From: Flavobacteriaceae bacterium
Lineage (GTDB): Bacteria; Bacteroidota; Bacteroidia; Flavobacteriales; Flavobacteriaceae
Direction of reading: 5' to 3'
DNA: 64,000 nucleotides
NCBI GenBank assembly: GCA_024640565.1
Contig: JAHEET010000001.1
Span: 308,882-372,881 of the forward strand
Shown here piece after piece: positions 41,060 through 51,741 of this stretch (its first letter is position 1; the number at the start of each line of letters is the position of its first letter). The position numbers were made by a program, and so were the translations under genes. The notes beneath the pieces are model-generated. The model was not told the DNA's origin, made no database searches, and saw only the letters and a program-made list of their open reading frames with translations.

Positions 41060-43204
41060 ATGAAAAATATCTTTTTATTTATTGCCATTCTTAGTGCTAC
41101 CTTTAGTAGCTTCTCACAAGAATCTTATTACAACGATGTGGATTTAACCTTGACGGGTTTGACTTTAAAAAATGCTCTAAAAGAAAAAATTGTTAATACA
41201 CATACAAATTTTTTACAATACACGCCCGATGTCTGGATCGCTTCGAAAATTACAGATGCAAATCCAGAAAACCCTGACGAAGTAATCCTTATTTATGGCT
41301 GGGAAGATGGATCTGATAGTGACAGTACAAATGATAGAACAAGAGATAATACACTGCAAGATAATGGTAGTAATGGAAATTTTGTTTGGAATCGAGAACA
41401 TGTATACCCGCAATCACTTGGAACTCCTGCAATTACTACAACAACCATCCCTGGTCAAGATGCACACGCGCTTAGACCCGTAGACAAACCAACAAATAGT
41501 GCAAGAGGAAACAAACGCTTTGCAGATGGCGCTGGAAATGCTGGAGATTCTAACGGAGGTTGGTACCCTGGTGATGAGTGGAAAGGGGATGTAGCAAGAA
41601 TGATGATGTATATGTACATCCGATATGAAGATATTTGCCTTCCTACCAATGTGGGTATTGGAGATAGTAGTTTAACAGAGGACGACATGATTGATTTGTT
41701 TTTAAAATGGAATGTAGAAGATCCCGTATCTGATTTTGAGCGAAATAGAAATACCTATCATGAAAATACTACAGACAATTCCTCTGCACAAGGGAACAGA
41801 AACCCACTCATTGACAATCCTTATTTAGCAACCCGAATTTGGGGAGGAGATTCTGCAGAAGATACCTGGGGAATCTATACCAGTAGCGATACAGAAGCAC
41901 CTACACAACCAACCGATGTAGTAGCTAGCAATGAAACCACTACGACCATTGATATTAACTGGACAGCGTCCACCGATAATGTTGAAGTGACAGAATATAA
42001 TATATACGTAGATGATGTATTGACCGGTCAAACTGCAGCAGTAAATTACCAGATTACAGGATTAAGTCCGAGCACTACTTATGCAATTCAAGTTGAAGCA
42101 AGAGATTTGATTAATAATAAATCAGATAAAAGTGCGGTTGTAAACGCTTCAACAACTTCAGACACAACAGCACCTTCAGTGCCTACAAACATCACAGCTA
42201 CAAATATTTCAGGTACCGCATTCAAAGCAAACTGGGAGGCAGCTACCGATGATACTGCTGTAACTGAATACCGTGTTTTTGTAGACGGTGCCTTTGAAGC
42301 AGCTACTTCGGAGTTAAACTATACCATCACTGGGTTAACGGTTTCTACAACCTATCAAATATCGATCTCTGCAAAAGATGCCGCCAATAACGAATCTGCG
42401 CAAAGCCCTGCAATTGCTGTAACCACTACAGACGGAGGCTCTAATGGCGTTGAAGAGCTTTTTATCTCGGAATATGTAGAACCAAACGGTGGAAATAATA
42501 AAGCAATCGAAATTGTAAATTTAACAAGTGCTGCAGTAAGTTTAACAGGATATTCAATCAAAAAGCAATCCAACGGTAGTGGCGACTGGGTCAATGAACT
42601 GGACTTGAGTACAGGATCCGTACAGAATATTGTTTCTGGTGATGTTTTTGTGGTTATTCATGGCGATGCAGATGCCCAAGAATTAATTGACAATGCAGAT
42701 TTAATACATCAGAGTGTTTCTGGCATCTGGGGAGCTCCCATAAACTTTAACGGGAATGATCCTGTTGGATTATTTAAAGATGGAGTACTTATTGATATCG
42801 TAGGAACCTTTGGCGATAGTGGTAATTTTGGACAGAATATTACCCTCCGCAGAAAAGCATCCATTTTATCACCAAACACAACTTATGATGTAAATGAATG
42901 GGATTCCTTTGCCGCAAACACTTTTGATGGTATTGGCTCACACAGTTCTACTCTTGGTGGCACTGAAAACAACCTTAAAAACTTTCAAGTATATCCAAAT
43001 CCTATCAAAGGAAATACTTTGTATTTCAACACAACCAAGGAAGTACAAGTTGCGATCTATAGCATTTTAGGAAAATTAATCAAAAATGAAACGGTGACAA
43101 TGGCAAAGAAAAACATGGATATCTCTTCGCTTTCGAATGGTATTTATTTGTTAAAAATTACATCCGAAAACAAATCAATCACGAAGAAATTGATTCGAAG
43201 ATAA
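41060..43204 (+). CDS. T9SS-secreted endonuclease I-family nuclease + 2 x fibronectin III + lamin-tail domain + C-terminal sorting domain
   Basis: WNREHVYPQS, DAH.LRP, NSARGN; two DT.AP...P FnIII repeats; LFISEYVE LTD; VYPNP...GIYLLKI...KKLI CTD. Confidence 0.88.
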   Translation: MKNIFLFIAILSATFSSFSQESYYNDVDLTLTGLTLKNALKEKIVNTHTNFLQYTPDVWIASKITDANPENPDEVILIYGWEDGSDSDSTNDRTRDNTLQDNGSNGNFVWNREHVYPQSLGTPAITTTTIPGQDAHALRPVDKPTNSARGNKRFADGAGNAGDSNGGWYPGDEWKGDVARMMMYMYIRYEDICLPTNVGIGDSSLTEDDMIDLFLKWNVEDPVSDFERNRNTYHENTTDNSSAQGNRNPLIDNPYLATRIWGGDSAEDTWGIYTSSDTEAPTQPTDVVASNETTTTIDINWTASTDNVEVTEYNIYVDDVLTGQTAAVNYQITGLSPSTTYAIQVEARDLINNKSDKSAVVNASTTSDTTAPSVPTNITATNISGTAFKANWEAATDDTAVTEYRVFVDGAFEAATSELNYTITGLTVSTTYQISISAKDAANNESAQSPAIAVTTTDGGSNGVEELFISEYVEPNGGNNKAIEIVNLTSAAVSLTGYSIKKQSNGSGDWVNELDLSTGSVQNIVSGDVFVVIHGDADAQELIDNADLIHQSVSGIWGAPINFNGNDPVGLFKDGVLIDIVGTFGDSGNFGQNITLRRKASILSPNTTYDVNEWDSFAANTFDGIGSHSSTLGGTENNLKNFQVYPNPIKGNTLYFNTTKEVQVAIYSILGKLIKNETVTMAKKNMDISSLSNGIYLLKITSENKSITKKLIRR

Positions 43205-43229
43205 AACGCAATTTTCATACAAAATATCC

Positions 43230-43262
43230 AAAAGAGGCATTCCAATAAAATGCCTCTTTTTG
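43230..43262 (+). terminator. Intrinsic terminator
   Basis: AAAAGAGGCATT-CCAATAA-AATGCCTCTTTT. Confidence 0.85.
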
Positions 43263-43369
43263 GTTTATAACTCCGTGAATAACTCTAAATATTCTCTCAA
43301 ATAAATTGAGTGCTTCTGAACTAAAAAAAGTAAATTTGCGAGATAGAACAACACACCAAAAAAAATAGA

Positions 43370-46300
43370 ATGATTCACTTTTTCGGAAACACAGACAGTA
43401 CACTCTTTGCTGTTCAAACAACAAAAGAATTAACCAAAACAAGCATCTCAAAACTAACTTGGTTGTTTGGAGATCAACCCAAAGTAGCAGGGTCTTCAAT
43501 TGACGCTTTTTTTATTGGACCCAGGGCTGCAATGATTACTCCATGGAGTACAAATGCAGTAGAAATTACCCAAAATATGGGAATTTCTGACATTCTTAGG
43601 ATCGAAAAATTCACAGCTGTTTCGGAAGGTTTTTCTGATTTTGATCCAATGATTTCAGAAAAATACAAGGGCTTACATCAAAAATCATTTGCGATTGAAA
43701 TCCAACCAGAAGCCATTTTAAACATCGAAGATATTGCTGCTTACAACCTACAAGAAGGCCTCTCTTTGAGTGATGAAGAGGTGAACTATTTGGAAGGTGT
43801 TGCTACAAAAATAGGTAGAAAATTAACCGACTCTGAAGTTTTTGGTTTCAGCCAAGTAAACTCAGAACACTGTAGACACAAAATATTTAATGGCACCTTT
43901 ATTATTGATGGAGAAGAACAACCTACTTCCCTATTCAAAATGATTAAAGAAACGTCAAAACAATTTCCAAACGATATCGTTTCAGCATATAAAGACAATG
44001 TAGCTTTTGTAAAAGGCCCCAGAGTCGCACAGTTTGCGCCCAAAACTGCGGACAAACCTGATTTTTATGAAACCCAAGATTTTGACTCGGTAATTGCGCT
44101 CAAAGCAGAAACACATAATTTTCCTACTACTGTAGAGCCATTCAATGGAGCTGCTACCGGTTCGGGAGGAGAAATAAGAGATCGTTTGGCAGGAGGAAAA
44201 GGTTCTTTACCCTTGGCAGGAACGGCAGTGTATATGACTTCCTACTCTCGTATAAACGAAGACAGGTATTGGGAACATAAATTTAAAGCAAGAGATTGGT
44301 TGTACCAAACTCCAATGGATATTTTGATCAAAGCTTCCAATGGTGCCTCTGACTTTGGAAACAAATTTGGGCAACCCTTAATTACAGGTTCTGTATTGAC
44401 ATTTGAACACGAAGAAAATGCCGCTTCTAGTGATGCCAAGCCAAGAAAACTAGGCTATGATAAAGTAATCATGCAAGCCGGTGGTATTGGGTATGGAAAA
44501 GCAGATCAAGCGATAAAAGACACACCAAAAGACGGCGATAAAATTGTAATCCTCGGTGGTGAAAATTACCGAATTGGTATGGGTGGAGCGGCAGTTTCCT
44601 CTGCAGATACTGGAGAATTTGCTTCAGGAATTGAACTAAATGCAGTACAACGTTCCAATCCAGAAATGCAAAAACGTGCTGCCAATGCAGTGCGTGGTAT
44701 GGTAGAAAGTGATGAAAACTTTATCGTATCAATCCATGATCATGGTGCAGGGGGACATTTAAACTGTTTGTCTGAACTGGTGGAAGATACTGGAGGAAAA
44801 ATTGACTTGGACAAATTGCCTGTTGGAGACCCTACCTTATCAGCAAAAGAAATTATTGGAAATGAATCTCAAGAAAGAATGGGATTGGTCATTGCTGAAA
44901 AACATATCGAGACCTTACAAAGAATTGCAGAACGTGAGCGTTCGCCAATGTACACAGTTGGTGAAGTAACCGGAAATGACCGTTTTACTTTTGAATCAAA
45001 ATCCAAAGGAGACAAGCCAATGGATTTGGCTTTAGAGGACATGTTTGGCAGCTCCCCAAAAACCATACTTACCGACAATACAATTGTACGTAAATACAAG
45101 AACCCAAGGTATAAAAAGAAAAATATAAATACCTATTTGAATCAAGTTTTGCAATTAGAAGCTGTAGCATGTAAAGATTGGTTGACCAACAAAGTCGATC
45201 GCTGTGTGGGTGGAAAAGTTGCCAAACAACAATGTGTAGGTCCTTTACAAATTCCATTAAACAACGTCGGTGTAATGGCACTTGACTATAATGGAAAAGA
45301 AGGGGTTGCAACTTCAATTGGGCACGCCCCTATTTCAGGATTAATTCATCCAGGAGCAGGAAGTAGAAATTCCATTACGGAAGCATTGACCAATATAATT
45401 TGGGCGCCCTTAAAAGACAACTTAAAAAGTGTTTCTTTATCTGCAAATTGGATGTGGCCTTGTAAGAATGAAGGTGAAGATGCGCGTTTGTATAAGGCCG
45501 TAAAAGCCATTTCCGAATTTTCAATCGACTTAGGAATCAATGTTCCAACAGGAAAGGATTCCCTATCCATGAAACAAAAGTATCCAGACATTGAAGTCAT
45601 CTCTCCAGGAACTGTTATTATCTCTGCTGCAGGAAATTGCAACGAAATTTCACAAGTGGTAGAACCACTTTTACAGGTTGATGCTGGAAATATATACTAC
45701 ATCAATATCTCTCAGGATGCCTTTAAATTGGGTGGAAGCTCATTCAACCAAGTATTAAATACGATTGGAAACGAAGTGCCTGATGTAAAAAATGCGGGAT
45801 ATGTAAAAACGGTTTTTAATTCGATGCAAGAACTCATCAAAGCTGGTCACATTGTTGCCGGACACGATGTGGCTTCAGGAGGATTGATTACCACTTTGTT
45901 AGAAATGTGTTTTGCAGACCTTAACTTAGGAGCAGATTTGGACCTTACAGCACTGAACGAGGAAGATTCTATCAAAGTGTTGTTTGCTGAAAATGCCGGG
46001 ATTGTTTTTCAAGCTGACCCAGCTATAGAAGGGGTTTTAAAAGAAAAAGGTATTGAAGTATTTACACTTGGAACCGCCAACAATCGTGGAAAAGTAACCC
46101 TCAAAAATGGAGAAGACAACTTCTCTTTTGATGTTTCAGAAACACGAGATACTTGGTATCAAACCTCCTTTCTTTTGGATCAAAAACAAACCGCTAACGG
46201 ATTGGCCAAAGCACGTTTTGAAAATTATAAAAAACAACCTTTACAGTATACCTTCCCAAAGAATTTTACAGGCAAATTGCCCAAAACAACAGCAAAAGCA

Positions 46301-47053
46301 AAACGTCCAAAAGCGGCCATCCTCAGAGAAAAAGGAAGTAACTCCGAAAGAGAGATGGCAAATGCGATGTATCTCGCTGGATTTGATGTGAAAGACGTGC
46401 ACATGACCGATTTAATTTCAGGACGTGAAACACTAGAAGACATTCAATTTATAGGGGCTGTAGGTGGATTTTCCAATTCTGATGTTTTAGGCTCTGCAAA
46501 AGGATGGGCTGGTGCTTTCTTATACAATGCAAAAGCAAAAAAAGCATTGAAGAATTTCTTTAAAAGAGAAGACACTTTATCGGTTGGTATATGTAACGGT
46601 GCGCAATTGTGGATGGAATTGGACTTGATCAATCCAGAACATAAAGTTCACGGAAAACTGGTACACAACGATTCTAAGAAGCACGAATCTTCTTTTACAT
46701 CTGTAAAAATTCAGAAAAACAATTCAGTCATGTTATCTTCATTAGCAGGAACGGAATTGGGGGTTTGGATTTCTCACGGAGAAGGAAAGTTTCGCTTACC
46801 AGAACCAGAAGAACACTATCACATTGTTGCAAAATATGGTTATGAAGGATATCCAAACAACCCAAATGGTTCGGACTTTAACACTGCCATGATGTGTGAT
46901 GCCTCTGGTCGTCATTTGGTAACCATGCCTCATATAGAACGCTCTACTTTTCAATGGAATTGGGCAAACTACCCAATGGGGAGAAAAGACGAGGTATCTC
47001 CTTGGTTGGCCGCTTTTGTAAATGCCAAAGATTGGATCAATGCTAACAAATAA
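43370..47053 (+). CDS. purL: Phosphoribosylformylglycinamidine synthase (large single-chain)
   Basis: NSEHCRH, ETHNFPT, DHGAGG, glutaminase GICNG and MPHIER; TAAATTTG box at 43331-38. Confidence 0.97.
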   Translation: MIHFFGNTDSTLFAVQTTKELTKTSISKLTWLFGDQPKVAGSSIDAFFIGPRAAMITPWSTNAVEITQNMGISDILRIEKFTAVSEGFSDFDPMISEKYKGLHQKSFAIEIQPEAILNIEDIAAYNLQEGLSLSDEEVNYLEGVATKIGRKLTDSEVFGFSQVNSEHCRHKIFNGTFIIDGEEQPTSLFKMIKETSKQFPNDIVSAYKDNVAFVKGPRVAQFAPKTADKPDFYETQDFDSVIALKAETHNFPTTVEPFNGAATGSGGEIRDRLAGGKGSLPLAGTAVYMTSYSRINEDRYWEHKFKARDWLYQTPMDILIKASNGASDFGNKFGQPLITGSVLTFEHEENAASSDAKPRKLGYDKVIMQAGGIGYGKADQAIKDTPKDGDKIVILGGENYRIGMGGAAVSSADTGEFASGIELNAVQRSNPEMQKRAANAVRGMVESDENFIVSIHDHGAGGHLNCLSELVEDTGGKIDLDKLPVGDPTLSAKEIIGNESQERMGLVIAEKHIETLQRIAERERSPMYTVGEVTGNDRFTFESKSKGDKPMDLALEDMFGSSPKTILTDNTIVRKYKNPRYKKKNINTYLNQVLQLEAVACKDWLTNKVDRCVGGKVAKQQCVGPLQIPLNNVGVMALDYNGKEGVATSIGHAPISGLIHPGAGSRNSITEALTNIIWAPLKDNLKSVSLSANWMWPCKNEGEDARLYKAVKAISEFSIDLGINVPTGKDSLSMKQKYPDIEVISPGTVIISAAGNCNEISQVVEPLLQVDAGNIYYINISQDAFKLGGSSFNQVLNTIGNEVPDVKNAGYVKTVFNSMQELIKAGHIVAGHDVASGGLITTLLEMCFADLNLGADLDLTALNEEDSIKVLFAENAGIVFQADPAIEGVLKEKGIEVFTLGTANNRGKVTLKNGEDNFSFDVSETRDTWYQTSFLLDQKQTANGLAKARFENYKKQPLQYTFPKNFTGKLPKTTAKAKRPKAAILREKGSNSEREMANAMYLAGFDVKDVHMTDLISGRETLEDIQFIGAVGGFSNSDVLGSAKGWAGAFLYNAKAKKALKNFFKREDTLSVGICNGAQLWMELDLINPEHKVHGKLVHNDSKKHESSFTSVKIQKNNSVMLSSLAGTELGVWISHGEGKFRLPEPEEHYHIVAKYGYEGYPNNPNGSDFNTAMMCDASGRHLVTMPHIERSTFQWNWANYPMGRKDEVSPWLAAFVNAKDWINANK

Positions 47054-47073
47054 AAACAAATAACTCCATTTTT

Positions 47074-47109
47074 AAAAAACAAACTTTTCATGAAAGTTTG
47101 TTTTTTTTT
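47074..47109 (+). terminator. Intrinsic terminator after purL
   Basis: AAAAAACAAACTTT-TCATG-AAAGTTTGTTTTTT. Confidence 0.8.
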
Positions 47110-47252
47110 GTGCCCTATAAAAGCTGTGAACAAATGTGGGTTTTAAAAGAAGGGATTCCTTGAGGGATACCAATGAAAGCCTCGCCGATCTGAACACTTC
47201 AACATCATGCGGTCTAAAAATATTTTTCTTATCTTGCTATAAATACTACCCC

Positions 47253-49010
47253 ATGAAACCTACACGCCTTTTTGACTTTGCCGACTACCAACTTGAAAAC
47301 TATCCACAGAAAGCCTGTTTTCGTTGCAAAGAAAACAATCAATGGATAAAAATAAGCACACAAGAATATATCAATAAAGCCAACAAAGTGAGTGCATCCC
47401 TGTTGGCACTGGGCATTAAAAAAAACGATAAGATTGCAGTTATCACAACCAACAACCATCCTAATTGGCATATTTTAGACACAGGTTTACTTCAAATTGG
47501 CGCACAAAACGTTCCGTTGTATGCGACCTTGTGTGAAAAAGATTATGCCTATGTTTTGAATCATTCAGATGCTCAATACTGCTTTGTTTCAAACCAAGAA
47601 TTGTATGAGAAAGTTAAGAAAGTACAAAGCAGCACCTCTATTAAAAAGGTATTCTCCTTAAATGAATTTGAAGCGGATGCTAGTTGGCATGCATTTTTAG
47701 AAATGGGAACTGAAACAGACCGATCGGAAACGATTTTACAACGAAAAGAGAACGTGCTCCCCGAAGATTTGGCAACCATTATTTATACATCTGGAACTAC
47801 GGGGACTCCAAAAGGGGTAATGCTTTCACATCAAAATATCGTTGGAAATGTTTTTAAAACAGCTCGGGCATTGGATGTCGCTGGGGATCACAAACGAATT
47901 TTAAGCTATTTGCCCATCTGTCATATTTTTGAACGTGCTGCCTCCTACTATTATCAGTATTTGGGATATCAAATTTACTTTGCAGAAAGCATCGAACTAT
48001 TGGGTGATAATATTCGGGAGGTACAACCTCATTTCTTGGCGGTTGTTCCCCGATTGTTAGAAAAAATATTTGATAAAATTGTTGACAAAGGAAGTCAGCT
48101 AACAGGCATTAAAAAAGCATTGTTCTTTTGGGCAATCGCACTGGGAGAAAAATACAAACCTTATGGAGAAAATGGGGCTTTTTATGCTTTTAAATTACAG
48201 CTAGCTCGAAAACTTATTTTCTCAAAATGGCAAGCGGCATTGGGCGGGAATTTAGAATTTATGCTCAGTGGAAGTGCCCCAATGCAAGATCGTTTGATTC
48301 GTATTTTTTTAGCAGCAGGAATCCCTATATTTGAAGGATATGGAATGACAGAATCCTCCCCTGCAATTACATTAAACGACCTTAGAAATAAGGGATTAAA
48401 GATTGGAACTGTAGGAAAACCACTCGCCGGACTTACTGTAAAAATTGCTGAGGACGGTGAAATACTTATGAAGGGATCCTCTGTAATGATGGGCTATTAT
48501 AAAAACGAAGAAATGACCCAAAAGACCATTGTTGATGGGTACTTACATACGGGAGATATTGGTGAAATTGATGCCGATGGGTTTCTAAAAATTACCGACC
48601 GGAAAAAAGAAATGTTTAAGACTTCTGGTGGGAAATACATTGCACCTGCGGTATTGGAAAGCGAATTGAAACAATCTCGTTTTATCGAACAAATAATGAT
48701 TGTAGGCGAATCTGAAAAAATGCCTGCTGCTTTGATTCAAGTAAATTTTGAATTTGCCAAAGATTGGGCGTTGCGCAAACAACTTGATCCAGCAACCATC
48801 CTCACCCAGGAACGTTTTATCAATCGAATACAAAAGGAAATCGATTTTCACAACCAAAAATTTGGAAAGTGGGAACAAATTAAACGGTTTGAACTTACCC
48901 CCGATGAATGGTCTGTAGCTGCAGGGCACCTAACCCCTACTCTAAAAATGAAACGGAAAATAATTAAAGAAAAATACAAAAATCTGCATCAAAAAATATA
49001 CAATTCGTAA
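47253..49010 (+). CDS. Long-chain fatty acid--CoA ligase, copy 1
   Basis: YTSGTTGTPKG, EGYGMTE, TGDIG, DRKKEMFKTSGGKY. Confidence 0.93.
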   Translation: MKPTRLFDFADYQLENYPQKACFRCKENNQWIKISTQEYINKANKVSASLLALGIKKNDKIAVITTNNHPNWHILDTGLLQIGAQNVPLYATLCEKDYAYVLNHSDAQYCFVSNQELYEKVKKVQSSTSIKKVFSLNEFEADASWHAFLEMGTETDRSETILQRKENVLPEDLATIIYTSGTTGTPKGVMLSHQNIVGNVFKTARALDVAGDHKRILSYLPICHIFERAASYYYQYLGYQIYFAESIELLGDNIREVQPHFLAVVPRLLEKIFDKIVDKGSQLTGIKKALFFWAIALGEKYKPYGENGAFYAFKLQLARKLIFSKWQAALGGNLEFMLSGSAPMQDRLIRIFLAAGIPIFEGYGMTESSPAITLNDLRNKGLKIGTVGKPLAGLTVKIAEDGEILMKGSSVMMGYYKNEEMTQKTIVDGYLHTGDIGEIDADGFLKITDRKKEMFKTSGGKYIAPAVLESELKQSRFIEQIMIVGESEKMPAALIQVNFEFAKDWALRKQLDPATILTQERFINRIQKEIDFHNQKFGKWEQIKRFELTPDEWSVAAGHLTPTLKMKRKIIKEKYKNLHQKIYNS

Positions 49011-49085
49011 TATTTTAACACTTTACTATTCATTTGCAAAATCAAGAGAAATTACCTAATTTGTCGAACCCAAACTAAAAAAAGT

Positions 49086-50861
49086 ATGTCAACTAAAATT
49101 ACTCGAATATTTGATTTTCCTTACCACCAATTAGAAAAATACAATTTACCCAAAGCCTTTACCACAAGATACGATGGAAAATGGGAGTCAATCTCTACTC
49201 AAGAATATATAAATCAAGCCAATACAATTAGTAGAGGTTTGTTAAAATTGGGGGTGCAAGCCAACGATAAAATCGCGATTATTTCTTCCAACAACCGTAC
49301 CGAATGGAACGTCTGTGATATTGGAATTTTGCAAGTGGGCGCGCAAAGTGTTCCAATTTACCCAACCATTTCCGAGCAAGACTATGAGTATGTATTAAAT
49401 CATTCAGAAGCTACCTATGTTTTTGTTTCCGATCAAATGGTCTTGGATAAAATCAATAAAATAAAAAACAATACAAAATTAAAAGACGTTTTTACCTTTG
49501 ATGCTATCGCAGGTGAAAAGAGCTGGAAAGAAGTACTCACCTTAGGAGCAGATACTGAAAATCAAGATACTTTAGAAGCGCGAAAAAACAACGTAAAGCC
49601 TGAAGATTTGGCAACTTTAATTTACACTTCGGGAACCACAGGAAGACCCAAAGGTGTAATGCTTAGTCACAACAATATTGTAACCAATGTATTGGCAAGT
49701 GAAAAAAGAGTTCCTTTAAGTTATGGAGAAGACAAGGCATTGAGTTTTTTGCCTGTCTGTCATATTTTTGAACGAATGATTCTCTATTTATATCAATATT
49801 GTGGTGTGCATATTCATTTTGCGGAGTCCATTGAAAAACTGAGTGAAAATGCGCAAGAAATTAAGCCACATGTAATGACGGCAGTTCCACGTTTGTATGA
49901 AAAAATATACGACAAGATTATCGCAAAAGGGGCAGATTTAACGGGCATTAAAAAACGTTTGTTCTTTTGGGCGGTAGAATTAGGTTTAAAATACGAGCCA
50001 TACGGAGAAAACGGTTGGTGGTATGAGAAACAATTGGCTTTGGCCAAAAAATTAATCTTCTCCAAATGGCAAGCTGCTTTGGGAGGAGAGTTGAAATTAA
50101 TGGTTTCTGGGGCTTCTGCTTTACAGCATCGATTGACCAGAGTTTTTACGGCGGCAGGAATGCCAATTATGGAAGGCTATGGGTTAACGGAAACGTCTCC
50201 TGTAATTACCGTAAGTTCCATGGATGACGGTGGTTTTAGAATTGGAACTGTTGGTAAAATTATCGATGATGTAAGCTTAAAAATTGCAGATACTGGAGAG
50301 ATTTTGGTGAAAGGGCCCAATGTGATGATGGGGTATTACAAAGATCCAGAAAAAACCGCTGAAGTCATTAAAGAAGGGTATTTTCATACGGGAGATAAAG
50401 GAGAATTGGATGCCGATGGGTTCTTAAGAATTACCGGAAGAACCAAGGAAATGTTTAAAACTTCCGGTGGAAAATATGTGGTGCCACCATTGTTAGAGGG
50501 CGATTTAAAACAATCTCGTTTTATAGAACAAGTGATGGTTATTGGTGAGGGGCAAAAAATGCCTGCAGCAATCATACAACCAAACTTCGAATTTATCAAA
50601 GATTGGATACAGCGCAAGCAATTGAATATTGGTACTTCCCATGATGAAATTATTGCTTCCAAAGAAGTTATAGCGCGGATACAAGAAGAAGTAGACAGTT
50701 GTAATAAAAACTTTGGAAACTGGGAACAAATCAAAGTATTTAGACTTACAAATGACGAATGGACCATAAACGGAGGGCATTTAACCCCAACCATGAAAAT
50801 GAAACGTACCGAGATCTTAAAAATATACAAAGCTTTGTACGATGCTATTTACAATGCATAA
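49086..50861 (+). CDS. Long-chain fatty acid--CoA ligase, copy 2
   Basis: YTSGTTGRPKG, EGYGLTE, TGDKG, GRTKEMFKTSGGKY. Confidence 0.93.
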   Translation: MSTKITRIFDFPYHQLEKYNLPKAFTTRYDGKWESISTQEYINQANTISRGLLKLGVQANDKIAIISSNNRTEWNVCDIGILQVGAQSVPIYPTISEQDYEYVLNHSEATYVFVSDQMVLDKINKIKNNTKLKDVFTFDAIAGEKSWKEVLTLGADTENQDTLEARKNNVKPEDLATLIYTSGTTGRPKGVMLSHNNIVTNVLASEKRVPLSYGEDKALSFLPVCHIFERMILYLYQYCGVHIHFAESIEKLSENAQEIKPHVMTAVPRLYEKIYDKIIAKGADLTGIKKRLFFWAVELGLKYEPYGENGWWYEKQLALAKKLIFSKWQAALGGELKLMVSGASALQHRLTRVFTAAGMPIMEGYGLTETSPVITVSSMDDGGFRIGTVGKIIDDVSLKIADTGEILVKGPNVMMGYYKDPEKTAEVIKEGYFHTGDKGELDADGFLRITGRTKEMFKTSGGKYVVPPLLEGDLKQSRFIEQVMVIGEGQKMPAAIIQPNFEFIKDWIQRKQLNIGTSHDEIIASKEVIARIQEEVDSCNKNFGNWEQIKVFRLTNDEWTINGGHLTPTMKMKRTEILKIYKALYDAIYNA

Positions 50862-50863
50862 CT

Positions 50864-50895
50864 AAAAAAAGCGCTCTTACGGAGCGCTTTTTTTT
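50864..50895. terminator. Bidirectional terminator
   Basis: AAAAAAAGCGCTC-TTACG-GAGCGCTTTTTTT between convergent genes. Confidence 0.88.
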
Positions 50896-51559
50896 ATTCA
50901 ACAATCAGCTGTTTTTTTTTCTTTAACAGCGCAGGAAATTTTCTTTTGAAACGATTCAACCTTGGGATGGAAACGGCTTTTACATAGGCCTGATTTGGAT
51001 TCCTTCTTTCAAAGTCTTGATGATATGCTTCTGCTTTGTAAAACTTGGTAAACAAGGTAACCTCTGTGGCAATTTTCTTGGTATACTGTTTTTGCAATGC
51101 TGCAATTGCACGATCAATAATTTTTTTTTCTGTATCGGTTTTATAAAAAGCAATAGAGCGATATTGCGTTCCATAGTCTGGTTTTTGACCGTTTACCGTC
51201 GTAGGGTTGTGCGAACCAAAGAAAACGGTAACCAGCGTTTCAAACGTCACTTCTGCAGGATTGTAATACACGGCTACTGCTTCGGCATGGCCAGTTTTTC
51301 CGGTACCAATAGACGTATAGGTTGGGTTGTCTGTAAATCCACCTGCATAACCTGAAACGGCTTCCTCTACCCCTCTTACACTCTCAAAAACAGCTTCTAC
51401 ACACCAAAAACAACCGCTTGCAAAATAAGCAACTTCCGAAGTTTTATTGGGTTGATAAGGTTTCTCGGTAGCCTCGTTGGTGTCTGCAAGACGATAACAG
51501 GCCATCAAGAGGATTGATAAGGCGACAATACTACTTGTTTGTAAAAATTTCATGATCAC
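50894..51559 (-). CDS. msrA: Peptide-methionine (S)-S-oxide reductase, lipoprotein
   Basis: GCFWC, GYAGG, GHAE, QYRS, AEAYHQ; lipobox LMAC. Confidence 0.94.
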   Translation of the reverse strand: MIMKFLQTSSIVALSILLMACYRLADTNEATEKPYQPNKTSEVAYFASGCFWCVEAVFESVRGVEEAVSGYAGGFTDNPTYTSIGTGKTGHAEAVAVYYNPAEVTFETLVTVFFGSHNPTTVNGQKPDYGTQYRSIAFYKTDTEKKIIDRAIAALQKQYTKKIATEVTLFTKFYKAEAYHQDFERRNPNQAYVKAVSIPRLNRFKRKFPALLKKKKQLIVE

Positions 51560-51741
51560 TGAATTAAAAATTATTGTAAATACTACACACTACATTGGGT
51601 GTTTTTAACATCCTTATGGATAAAACAAATTTGTGAATCTCTTTCTTGTAATTGTTTACAACTTTAGCATTTTGTTTCAAATGATTCTTGTAAAAAAAGA
51701 AGGAGATACCTACATTTGTTTCACAAAGATAATCAATATAC

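Noticed and set aside
47110-47250. Possible IS end or gene fragment (GCTGTGAACAAATGTGGG...)
   Set aside because: No matching second inverted repeat, no transposase-like translation recognised
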